From NCBI GenBank assembly GCA_044440125.1, contig JBITAJ010000015.1, forward strand, positions 160,001 to 224,000: a stretch of DNA of 64,000 bases, in the 5' to 3' direction. Of the stretch, positions 18,597 through 28,300 are shown in pieces. A model generated the notes under the pieces. That model made no database searches and had not been told where the DNA came from. It was given only the letters and a program-made list of their open reading frames with translations. The stretch's first letter is position 1, and every line of letters begins with the position of its first letter. The position numbers and the translations under genes were made by a program. This DNA is from Sedimentisphaeraceae bacterium JB056. Its GTDB lineage: Bacteria > Planctomycetota > Phycisphaerae > Sedimentisphaerales > Sedimentisphaeraceae.

Positions 18597-20030
18597 ATGC
18601 ATATGCCGGCAGCAAGGCAAGGGCAGAGTAATGCGATGCTTAATTCGTTGATTACTTTTGTTGTGCTTTTTATAGTGGCAACAGTGGCCGCTATCATCTG
18701 TTATGTAAAACTTGATGAGGCCAAAACAATAGCGGAAAACGAAACACGCTCCAGGCGTGAGATCGCGACCGATAATGAGCAGCGTGAAGCGGCGGCGGTC
18801 GTTGGCAACAAAGAGTCTTCCCAAAGTTATTTTGGTGCTGTTGTTGAACGATACAATGATCTTTATGAAATATTGACAGGTAAATTGCCTGAAGAAGACA
18901 AGAGTCTTGAGGCTTCTACCGAGCAGGTCAATATGGCTATCACAAACTTCAAGAACAATTTCGATGATCCTTCATATACGGAAATGGCTCTTATGCCAAT
19001 GACCGTTATGCTTAAGAATGAGCGTGATGCAGCAGTTGCTAAGGCTGAAAGCATTAAAGCTGATATGGAGCAGATGAAGTCTGACTGGGATCGTGAAGTT
19101 GAAGGTTTTGCTGTTGCTGAAGAAAAGATTGTTGAAGAGAAGAACATGTTCATCTCTCAGGCAACAGAGGTTCAGCAGAGTGTTGATGCTATGAAGGACA
19201 GTGCAGCAGAATCTGTTGAGAGAAGGCTTGATCAGCTCCAGCAGCAGATTGACAGCCGCAATAACCAGCTTGAAGAGGCAAAGCAGCAGATTGCTGAACT
19301 GCAAGATGCATTGAAAGAGTCTGAGATGTCTCGTAATAAGCTTGAGACTCAGATTGAGCAGATCAAACCTCGTCCTGATATAGAGGTTGCTGCCTATAAA
19401 CCTGATGGTAAGGTTGTTAGCGTTGATCAGCAGATTGGCATTGTCTACCTTGATCTTGGAAGTAACGATCACGTTTACCGTGGTTTGACATTTGCTGTTT
19501 ATGACAGAAGTGCTCCTATGCCCGAAGATGGCAAAGGCAAGGCCGAGATCAGAGTATTTGATGTACGTTCTGAAGTGTCTGTAGCAAGAATTGTTTCAAC
19601 AGACGAAAACAATCCTATCATTCCTGATGATATCATCGTTAACCTTATCTGGAATAAGCAGAGCCCCAATACATTTGTTGTTGTTGGTGAGTTTGATCTT
19701 GATGGTGACGGTAATGTTGATAATTTCGGCAAGGACAAGGTTGTTCATCTGATTCAGGCATGGGGTGGTATTGTAACTGATGAGCTTGACATCAATACTG
19801 ATTTTGTTGTACTTGGTGCTCAGCCTCTTATGACTCCTAAGCCAAGTGAGTCTCAGATTGACGTTGATCCTATGGCTATGGATAAGTACGAAGAGTCTCT
19901 AAGGACTGCCAATGAGTATAAATCTGTAATGGAAAAGGCTGCAGGGCTTTCAATACCGGTATTCAATACTGAAAGATTTAAGAATCTTATAGGTTACAAT
20001 GCCGAGGTTCAAGGCGATAAGCCGTTCTAA
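18597..20030 (+). CDS. Membrane-anchored coiled-coil protein with a beta domain and a BRCT-like C-terminus
   Basis: One N-terminal TM helix, long E/Q/K/A heptad region, DLDGDG loop, LIQAWGG...TDFVVLG. AAGGAG RBS; the start may be ATG 18603. Confidence 0.75.
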   Translation: MHMPAARQGQSNAMLNSLITFVVLFIVATVAAIICYVKLDEAKTIAENETRSRREIATDNEQREAAAVVGNKESSQSYFGAVVERYNDLYEILTGKLPEEDKSLEASTEQVNMAITNFKNNFDDPSYTEMALMPMTVMLKNERDAAVAKAESIKADMEQMKSDWDREVEGFAVAEEKIVEEKNMFISQATEVQQSVDAMKDSAAESVERRLDQLQQQIDSRNNQLEEAKQQIAELQDALKESEMSRNKLETQIEQIKPRPDIEVAAYKPDGKVVSVDQQIGIVYLDLGSNDHVYRGLTFAVYDRSAPMPEDGKGKAEIRVFDVRSEVSVARIVSTDENNPIIPDDIIVNLIWNKQSPNTFVVVGEFDLDGDGNVDNFGKDKVVHLIQAWGGIVTDELDINTDFVVLGAQPLMTPKPSESQIDVDPMAMDKYEESLRTANEYKSVMEKAAGLSIPVFNTERFKNLIGYNAEVQGDKPF

Positions 20031-20049
20031 TCTTTATGACGCAAAATAT

Positions 20050-20088
20050 AAAGGCCCGCAGAATTCACAGTTCTTCGGGCCTTTTTTT
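20050..20088. terminator. Intrinsic terminator
   Basis: AAAGGCCCG..AGAA / TTCT..CGGGCCTTT stem plus T run. Confidence 0.85.
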
Positions 20089-20112
20089 GAGATTTTTGTG
20101 TGGTGTGGAAAA

Positions 20113-21171
20113 TTAATCTTTCCTGAATTCTCTGACAGCATCAACCATAGCTGTGTACCCTTGCGGGGGCACGTAATCAGCTATTGAGTTACCTGTACCG
20201 AAAGCCAAACCGCCGTTTTCGGGTTTGCAGTTTCTTTCCAGTACGCTGAGTGTGTAGCTTCTGACCTCATCGGGAGTGCTTCTGCATAGCACATCCATAT
20301 CGATGCCTCCAAAATTGCCGATTTTCTTGCCGTAACGGCTTACCCAGTCATCAAAGGGTGCTATTACATCTTCATTTGAGTGTTTTGCATCTATCTGGGC
20401 TTCTTCAATTATGCTGTCCATAACATCAAATATGCAGCCGCAACTATGAAGCAGGAATGGTTTGTTGTGTTTATGAACCTGCTCAACAATTGCCTTATAC
20501 TGCGGAACAATATGGTTTATTATATCGTTAGGAGCGAGCATTGTTGCGGCTTTATAACCGAGGTCGTCACCAAAACGACAGACGGCGTAAACATCTGCGT
20601 AATTTTCGAGGAATCTTTTCCATATACCCAAGTTTGTCTGGCCTACTGTCTTGAATAGATTTGCGTAAAGTTCGGGGTCGTCTATAGAGATCATACATAA
20701 GTTTTCATAGCCGGCAATTTCCTGGACACACTCAAATATGCCGTTGCCAACTCCGCCTATAGCTTTCATGCCCTCAGGCATTGCTTCTCTGAGCAGTTCA
20801 AAATTTTCGGCGAACATATCGAAATATCTTTCACCTACAGTATCCCATGGATAATTGTTAAAGTCTTCAGCCGTTTTGATCTCAGGTGGTTTATGGCCGC
20901 CGAGTGAGCCGCTGCCGGGCATTGCGTGGCCTATGCAGCATTCCCATGATACGACATCGTAGCCCATTTCACGGAAAAAGTTACAGTATTTGACGAAAAA
21001 TTGACGGCGATCTTCTAAGTTTTCACTTTGTGAAAGAGAATAAATATCTTCGCCAATAATTGCACTTATAACTTTGGCTGACACAGTATGCTCATAGAGA
21101 GGGTAGCGGTCGGGTGTTTTGTTGGTTGCCGCAGCTATTATATTATTATAGTCGGGCTGGAAGTTTGCCAT
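20113..21171 (-). CDS. Uroporphyrinogen decarboxylase-fold (UroD/MtaA-like) protein
   Basis: GDDLG, LHSCG, GGIDMD and GTGNSI motifs; lacks the HemE RQAGR motif. Confidence 0.85.
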   Translation of the reverse strand: MANFQPDYNNIIAAATNKTPDRYPLYEHTVSAKVISAIIGEDIYSLSQSENLEDRRQFFVKYCNFFREMGYDVVSWECCIGHAMPGSGSLGGHKPPEIKTAEDFNNYPWDTVGERYFDMFAENFELLREAMPEGMKAIGGVGNGIFECVQEIAGYENLCMISIDDPELYANLFKTVGQTNLGIWKRFLENYADVYAVCRFGDDLGYKAATMLAPNDIINHIVPQYKAIVEQVHKHNKPFLLHSCGCIFDVMDSIIEEAQIDAKHSNEDVIAPFDDWVSRYGKKIGNFGGIDMDVLCRSTPDEVRSYTLSVLERNCKPENGGLAFGTGNSIADYVPPQGYTAMVDAVREFRKD

Positions 21172-21339
21172 TTTATACCTCTTAAAAAGTTGTTTTACAT
21201 TACATTTTCTGTTTAGCTTTAACTGTATTATGATTTTATCAGTTAAAAACGTTCAAAACTACTCAAATAATGGATTTTTTATGTACTATTTTGGCTTTTA
21301 TTCTTGATTTAATTGTGGTTGTTATGCAATATAGTACAT

Positions 21340-22173
21340 ATGAATCCTTGTTATGAAAAAGTGCCGCAGAGAGAAAACTCTTCCTTCTTTGCTTATAAGA
21401 AAGAAGAGGATAGGTTTGATTTCTTCTGGCATTACCATCCGGAATACGAGATTACCGCGATAGTTGGAGGAAGTGGTAAAAGATATATTGCTGACAGCAT
21501 TGATGATTATCGTAAGCCGAATCTTGTCATGATTCCACCTGATATGCCGCATAGCTGGCAGGCAGAACATTGTGATGATAAGAATATTGCTCTTGTAATA
21601 CAATTTACGAGGCAGATGCTCGAAAATATCGGTCTTGATATGAATGAATTTACAAGAGTTCGGAGGCTGATTGATAACTGCCAGGGGGCTTTGGTATTCG
21701 AGTTGGACGCCCAAGTCGAGCTCATGATGCAGGATGTTATTTGCAGCGATGGTGTTGAGAGTCTTATTAATTTGATAAAGCTTCTTGATCATCTTGCCTG
21801 CGCCAAATCCCAAAGGGTTACTGGTTCATCAGGTTTGTGCAGAGAATGGCAGGATTGTGATAATGTTAACAGGCTCTTCAAGTATATCAATGATAATTTC
21901 ACTGACGAAATCACACTTGATGAGGCGGCTGCGGCAGTTTGCCTTAGCAGGTCGGCCTTTTGCAGGTTTTTCAAGAAAATAACAGGACGAAGATTTATGG
22001 AGCATGTAAATGATTTGAGGGTGTCGCTTGCGTGCAAGCTGCTCAATGAGACTCAAAAGCCGATAACCGAGATATGTTTTGATGCTGGCTTCAGTAATAT
22101 TGCGAATTTCAACAGGCAATTTAAAAAACGAAAGGCACAGAGTCCAAGACAGTACAGGAGTTTATTGAAATAG
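21340..22173 (+). CDS. AraC-family transcriptional regulator with a cupin sensor domain
   Basis: WHYHPEYEI cupin; C-terminal SAFCRFFKK...GFSNIANFNRQFK...SPRQYR. ATG 21340 preferred over TTG 21313. Confidence 0.95.
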   Translation: MNPCYEKVPQRENSSFFAYKKEEDRFDFFWHYHPEYEITAIVGGSGKRYIADSIDDYRKPNLVMIPPDMPHSWQAEHCDDKNIALVIQFTRQMLENIGLDMNEFTRVRRLIDNCQGALVFELDAQVELMMQDVICSDGVESLINLIKLLDHLACAKSQRVTGSSGLCREWQDCDNVNRLFKYINDNFTDEITLDEAAAAVCLSRSAFCRFFKKITGRRFMEHVNDLRVSLACKLLNETQKPITEICFDAGFSNIANFNRQFKKRKAQSPRQYRSLLK

Positions 22174-22273
22174 AGCTATATTGGTTTGCTTATTTAATTT
22201 ACTTCCATTTTATTTGTCGCTATGCTACAATTATGAGCCAAGTTAGTTATTTGTGAAGCTGAAAGGTTAAGGA

Positions 22274-22708
22274 ATGAGTCAGGATAATGATAGAAGTGTT
22301 ACCATTATGCGTTTCTTTGATATAAATGAGGCAGAGTTTGCGGCGGAAATTCTTGATGGTGAAGGAATAAAATGCGGCCTTATTGGTGCAAATTTTTTCA
22401 ACGCTTATTATTTTGCCGGAATTGCTTCTAAAGGGATACAGCTCGAGGTCATGGAAAGTGATGTGCAAAAAGCGATTGAGATTCTCAAAGCTAACATTGG
22501 CTCTGGTAAAAAAGCGGCTGTTGAGGTTGCTGAAGAAATTTCAGATGCTGATTTTGTATGTCCTCAATGCGGAAGCTGTGAGGTTGTCAGAGAGAAATTT
22601 GAACGAAAAAGCTTTTTTCTTACACTTCTGTTTTTAGGGTTTCCTGTTCCGTTTAGAAACAAGAAAGTTGAATGTATGGACTGCGGGCATAAATGGAAAT
22701 TATCTTAA
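22274..22708 (+). CDS. DUF2007-like domain protein with a Zn ribbon
   Basis: EAE....L.GEGI...GI.L.V.E.D..KA..IL; CPQCGS and CMDCG flanking a hydrophobic stretch. Confidence 0.75.
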   Translation: MSQDNDRSVTIMRFFDINEAEFAAEILDGEGIKCGLIGANFFNAYYFAGIASKGIQLEVMESDVQKAIEILKANIGSGKKAAVEVAEEISDADFVCPQCGSCEVVREKFERKSFFLTLLFLGFPVPFRNKKVECMDCGHKWKLS

Positions 22709-22725
22709 AGATAACGGCAGGGGCG

Positions 22726-22754
22726 TTGTCTTATTGCTGGAATTGTGCTATAAT
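22726..22754 (+). promoter_or_regulatory. sigma70-type promoter with extended -10
   Basis: TTGTCT-17 bp-TATAAT, with TG one base before the -10 box. Confidence 0.6.
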
Positions 22755-22808
22755 ATAAATAGGAAATAAGCTTTAATAATTGTAATTGGAATTACGGGAG
22801 AGACTATT

Positions 22809-23552
22809 ATGCTGCTTAGTGCGAATCATTTAATCGATTTTGATGTTGAGGCTATAGATGGAAATATCGGTAATGTCAAGGATATATATTTTGATGATAC
22901 CGAGTGGGTGATTCGTTATATCGTTGTTGATACCGGTAAGTTCCTGCCCGGTAAAAGAGTACTTCTTTCTCCAAAAAGCTTTGGTCATCCGCAGGCGATG
23001 CACAAGATAATGCCTGTTGATCTCACTTGCGAAAAAGTGAAATCAAGCCCCGATGCCAGCACAGAGCTGCCGGTTTCCAAGCTTGAAGAGATTGAACTTC
23101 ACAAGTATTACAACTGGATTCCGTACTGGGATAACGACTTCCTCACATACCCATCTCCGATACTGACACCGCCTCCAATTGATAAGGGAGAGATGAAAGA
23201 GTTTGAAGAAAAGGTTGAGAATACTTCTCTTCGAAGCCTTGGCGAGGTTATAGGTTACCATATTAAGGCAAAGGATGGTAAGATTGGGCATATCGAGGAT
23301 TTTATAATTGAGGAAAGCGACTGGTCGGTCAAGTACATGATAGTTGATACACGCAACTTCCTTTCAGGCCGTAAAGTGCTGCTTGCACTGGATTGGGTAG
23401 GTGATTTTGATTGGGCCGGCGGCACTGTTGAAGTTGATATGACAGTTGAAGCGATCAAAAAAAGCCCTGAATTCAACCCGGAAGCTCCTATAAACCGTGA
23501 ATATGAGATACAGCTTTTCGACTATTACGGCAGGCCGAAATACTGGCGATAA
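22809..23552 (+). CDS. Tandem PRC-barrel domain protein
   Basis: Two internal repeats of A.DG.IG.V.D....W.IRY.VVDT..FL.G..VLL. Confidence 0.9.
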   Translation: MLLSANHLIDFDVEAIDGNIGNVKDIYFDDTEWVIRYIVVDTGKFLPGKRVLLSPKSFGHPQAMHKIMPVDLTCEKVKSSPDASTELPVSKLEEIELHKYYNWIPYWDNDFLTYPSPILTPPPIDKGEMKEFEEKVENTSLRSLGEVIGYHIKAKDGKIGHIEDFIIEESDWSVKYMIVDTRNFLSGRKVLLALDWVGDFDWAGGTVEVDMTVEAIKKSPEFNPEAPINREYEIQLFDYYGRPKYWR

Positions 23553-23570
23553 ATTATCTTCGCGGCATTA

Positions 23571-24653
23571 TCATTGATTATGTTCTTCTGATGGCTGCGA
23601 CTTATTGGTGTTATCAAGGTCAGCTCGAACTCTTGGCAGGCATTGCGGATAATTGGTTTGGATGAACTCAACAAGCTGTTCTCTAATCTGACAGCGAAGT
23701 TCCCATGCAATTGATGCATCAGCAGCACTAACCAAAGCACGCAGTTCGAGAGTTTTCTCGCCGCTGCCGGTAACCTGTAAGACGCATACCTTTCCGTCCC
23801 ATTTGGGGTTATTATTTACTATTTCCTTGAGGTGTTCTCTTACCTCGTTGACTGGGATTTTATAATCAGTATAGATGTATACAGAACCAAGCAGGTCTGA
23901 GGTTTTTGTTGTCCAATTCTGGAAGGGCTTTTCAATGAAATATGTAATCGGCAGTATCAGTCTCCTTTGATCCCATATCCTTACTATGACATATGTTAGT
24001 GTTATCTCCTCGATTCTGCCCCATTCATTTTCTACTATAACGACATCATCTAAGCGTATTGGCTGGGTTATTGCTATCTGGATGCCGGTTATGAAGGTAT
24101 GTATGGTTTTTTGTGCCGCGACGCCGAGAATGATACCTATAACACCTGCCGATGCGATAAGACTGGTACCAAGTTGACGAACCTTTTCAAAAGTCATTAA
24201 TATGGCTGCAAGGCCGATTATGCACAGCAGTACAAAAATTATGCGTTTTAGCACTTTAAGTTGGGTGTGTACCTTGCGAGCCCTTAGATTGTCGGAAACA
24301 CTTACGTCAAAACGGTTTATAATTATCTCAGAAAATACATCCATGAATTTTGCCGTTAACCAGATAGAGCCTGTTATGACAAGAATAGTGGTGATATGGG
24401 GAATAAGCTCACTTGAGTATTCGTTTAGATGGGGAGTGAAGGTTACTCCCAACCTTACCGAAAAGACAGTTAAAAGGAAAAGGACTGGTTTTTTCAGATA
24501 GTCAATAAAGAGATTGATGTTGGTTTTTCTTTGCTCGTATTTTTTGCGAAGTATCTTGAAAACGAAAGCCGACCCGATAAATGCGACAACAGTGAATATA
24601 AGTGCCAGCAGAACTATATTTATAAGCGGGCGTTCGGTTATGAATGCAAACAT
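23571..24653 (-). CDS. Small-conductance mechanosensitive channel (MscS family)
   Basis: ASAGVIGIILGVAAQ, PIRLDDVV, GRIEEITLTY and PFQNWT motifs. Confidence 0.93.
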   Translation of the reverse strand: MFAFITERPLINIVLLALIFTVVAFIGSAFVFKILRKKYEQRKTNINLFIDYLKKPVLFLLTVFSVRLGVTFTPHLNEYSSELIPHITTILVITGSIWLTAKFMDVFSEIIINRFDVSVSDNLRARKVHTQLKVLKRIIFVLLCIIGLAAILMTFEKVRQLGTSLIASAGVIGIILGVAAQKTIHTFITGIQIAITQPIRLDDVVIVENEWGRIEEITLTYVIVRIWDQRRLILPITYFIEKPFQNWTTKTSDLLGSVYIYTDYKIPVNEVREHLKEIVNNNPKWDGKVCVLQVTGSGEKTLELRALVSAADASIAWELRCQIREQLVEFIQTNYPQCLPRVRADLDNTNKSQPSEEHNQ

Positions 24654-24788
24654 TGGTTTACTTTTCTCCTTGCTGATTTTTACAGAATCTACTAAACTTC
24701 TCTACAAAGACAGTTTAAATGATACAAACGTTATTGTCAAGTGAGTAAAAAAACGGGTATTGTTCTTATGATTTTAGGCAAAAACCTA

Positions 24789-24816
24789 TTGCCTTATACT
24801 TTCATTCCTCTATAAT
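24789..24816 (+). promoter_or_regulatory. Probable sigma70 promoter of yajC-secDF
   Basis: TTGCCT-16 bp-TATAAT. Confidence 0.5.
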
Positions 24817-24866
24817 CTCTATACTTTAGATTACGTTAATAATAGAGGATATTAAAGGTATAGTTT

Positions 24867-25286
24867 ATGGAAAATGTATGGACGATAGCTGTGGCTGATG
24901 GACAGGCTTCAGACGGTGTTGTAACTATGGAAACAGGTTCAGAGCAGGCGGTCACTCAGACAGTTGCTGACGGTTCGCAGGTTCAAGGTGAAGCGGGCGA
25001 AGCACCTGCCAAGAAGCCGGGTTTAGCTTCCGGTCAGCTTATAATGATTGTTTTGATGTTTGTTGTGATGTATTTCCTTCTCTTCCGCGGCCCACGTAAG
25101 CAGCAAAAAGAGCAGGCTAAAATGCGAAGCGGCATACAGAAAAATGACAAGGTTTTAACTATCGGTGGTATTTACGGTACTGTTCTTGATGTTAAGGATA
25201 AGGAAGTAACTATCAAGATTGATGAATCAACAAATACCAAGATGAAGATCAGCTTGAATGCGATAAGCTCTAAGGTAGAAAAGTGA
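24867..25286 (+). CDS. yajC: Preprotein translocase subunit YajC
   Basis: MYFLLFRGPRKQQK and DKVLTIGGIYGTV; directly upstream of secDF. Confidence 0.95.
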   Translation: MENVWTIAVADGQASDGVVTMETGSEQAVTQTVADGSQVQGEAGEAPAKKPGLASGQLIMIVLMFVVMYFLLFRGPRKQQKEQAKMRSGIQKNDKVLTIGGIYGTVLDVKDKEVTIKIDESTNTKMKISLNAISSKVEK

Positions 25287-25331
25287 TCGTAAGTTAATAT
25301 AGAGAATTATTTTAGGATTAAGGTTGTAACA

Positions 25332-28300
25332 ATGGGAACTAATCAACTATGGAAGAAAGTCTTAATAGCGGTTATGGTATTAATCGCGGTTATGGCACTG
25401 TTTCCGCTTGACAAAAAACTGAAACCCGGTCTTGACTTAGCCGGTGGTACGAGTCTTATTTACGGTATTGATACCGAAGGTATGGAGCCCAAAGAGATTA
25501 AGGGAATTGCATCTCGAATGGTCCCTATTTTGATGAGACGTATTGATCCTACCGGTGTAACAAACATTGTTATAAGACCTCAGGGTGATACACGAATCGA
25601 GATTCAGCTTCCTTTGGCCAGTAAAGATACGCGTCAGAAACGTGAAGATTATCAGGCCGCTTTTGATGCACTCGAATCAGGCAATATAAATCTTGCTACT
25701 GTTATCAAGGCTCTTTCTCTTGAGCCTGATGCAAGAGCAGAGGCTTTTGAAGGGTTTGCTAATAACGATGAGCAGCGTACTATACTCAGCGATCTTGCGG
25801 CAGCATTTGATGCACGTAAGGAAGCCAGAGAACAGCGTGATGAGTACCAGGCTCAGATGGATGAATTGATTAATAAGCTTTCAGAGCTCAAGGTAAACTC
25901 ACGTTCACTTGAATATCAAGTTAAGCGTTGGGCTGATATGAGTGCTTCAGAGCTTGATAAAGCCCTGACTGATTATGTTAAGGCCGGTAGTGAAGAAGCT
26001 GAACTTGATGCAGAACAGAAGACCAAGAAGGATCTTCTCAAGCAATACGTAGCGGCTTACGGACAGTGGGCTGAGACTATCAACAAGCTTGCTGACAGTC
26101 TGAACTCAACTTATGATGATGCTCTTGCCAAGATAAATGAACTCAATATCAATGTAAGTACTCTTGCAGAGATGATGGAAACAGGCAGGAGAAATGAGTA
26201 TATAGAAAGTGTTAAAGCAAACTTCCCTGACAGGGCAGAAAAGGTTGATGCCTTTGTAGCTGCTTATGAAAACTACTCAGATGTTCGCGGTCGTCTTGAT
26301 GACCCTGAGGATCTCAAGAGAATGTTAAAGGGTGCGGGTGTACTTGAATTCCGTATTCTTCCTACTGTTGCCAGTGGTGGCATAAGTTCAGATCTTGCAA
26401 ATTCTTACGTTGCAGACTTGTCAGCCAGAGGACCTAAGCTTTCTTCAGACGCAACATATAAATGGTGCGAGATTGAAGATCCCCAAGCATTCGGTGCAGG
26501 TTCTGCCATAACAGGTATGTTTGCTGAGAAGTATTATGTACTTACAAGCAACAAGCCTGCCGATACAATGCTGCATAATCAGGGCGGCAAGCAGTGGAAG
26601 CTTACCAAGGCTTCTCCGACATCAGATAATGTCGGCAGAAGAGCTATCAGTTTCCAGATGAACGAAATCGGCGCCAAGATGTTCTTTGAACTGACCAACA
26701 GCAATATTGGCAACCCGCTTTGTATCCTTCTTGATAACAAAGCTATATCTGCTCCTAATGTCAATGATGCCATAAGGTCTAACGGTATCATAACCGGTAA
26801 ATACGGTGCGATTGAGCAGGATGACATGGTTAACAAGCTTAATGCCGGTTCACTTCCTGCACGTATAAGTGAAGCTCCAATATCAGAGAAGACAATCGGT
26901 GCTACAATTGGTGAAGACTATCGTGACAAGGGAATTAAAGCCGGAGTTATCGGTCTTATCATTGTTGCGGTATTCATGATATTCTACTATAGGCAGAGCG
27001 GTCTTATCGCTAATATTGCTCTTATATTGAACCTTCTTTTTATCCTTGCGATAATGGCATTCAGCGGTGCTACATTCACTCTTCCGGGTATTGCAGGTTT
27101 GATTCTTACGATAGGTATGGCGGTTGACGCTAACGTACTTATCTTTGAGCGTATCAGGGAAGAACAGGAAAGCGGATGCTCTTTGAAAATGGCAGTTGCT
27201 ACCGGTTACTCAAAGGCTTTCAGCACTATTTTTGATGCGAACCTTACAACTTTCATCACAGCAATGATTCTGTATAAAGTTGCATCTGAAGAGATTAAGG
27301 GTTTTGCTATCGTTCTTATGTTCGGTATCATTTCAAGTATGTTTACGGCCTTGTTTGTGACACGCGTTGTATTCGATTGGCTGATAGCCAAGAAGATCAT
27401 AAAGAATCAGCTTGGAATGTTCAAGCTGATAAACAGCGCTACATTTAACTGGATGGGAGCAAGGAAAGCGTTCTTTACTATATCATCTATCTTAATTGTA
27501 TGCGGAATGTTTATATTCTTCAGTCGTGACAACGACAAATATGATATTGAATTTACCGGCGGTACTTCTGTACAGATCAACTTCAAGGAGGGCGTTACAA
27601 TGGAACGCTCTGAGGTTGAGGCCGCTATTCATCAGGTTGGCGAGAAGTACAGCAGTTCTGGACTTATGGCAGCGAAGGTTTACAGTATCGGTGAAAGCGA
27701 CAGCAAGTATGAAATCAATACTACAGAGACTAACAAGAGCAGTATTGATGTTACATTTACTTCCGGTGGCGAGACTGCTGAAACAGTTAAGACCGCAGTA
27801 AGCGGAGCAGCATCGGATACTGTTAAGAATATCGCAGTTAAAGTTGGCCAAGCGGACAATACCTTCACTGTATCTACAAGTCAGCTTTCAAAATCTGCGA
27901 TGAAGAGTCTTATGGATAAGGCTCTCGAAGGAAAAGAGTATGTTCTTGGTCAGCCGAAGGTTGATGAAATCGTAAACGAAGCTGTTCTTGAGGCGTTTAG
28001 TGATGTACTGCAGAAGCAGGAAGACCTTGGTCTTACAATTACATCAACAGGTATGATTACTGATGATGTTGCCGATCAGGCAGCAGAGCTTGTTGAGTAT
28101 CTAAGCGGTCTCAAGATTGAGTGTAAGCTTACAAATGAAATCAAAGCTTCTCAGCTTAAAGAGCGTTTCAAGAGTCTTAGATTCAAACCTGATATGCAGG
28201 AAATGGCATGGTATAGATACGTGATACTGACAGAAGATTATCAGCCGCTTGCTGATGATGCTGTTGTTTCAGGTTTCACTTACATCAGCATGCATCCGGA

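Noticed and set aside
20113..21171. hemE assignment
   Set aside because: The RQAGR substrate-binding motif is missing and no tetrapyrrole genes are nearby.
24867..25286. RAPP/RGPP-type arrest peptide upstream of secDF
   Set aside because: RGPR lies in the normal post-TM position of YajC, and no separate leader ORF ending in such a motif was seen.
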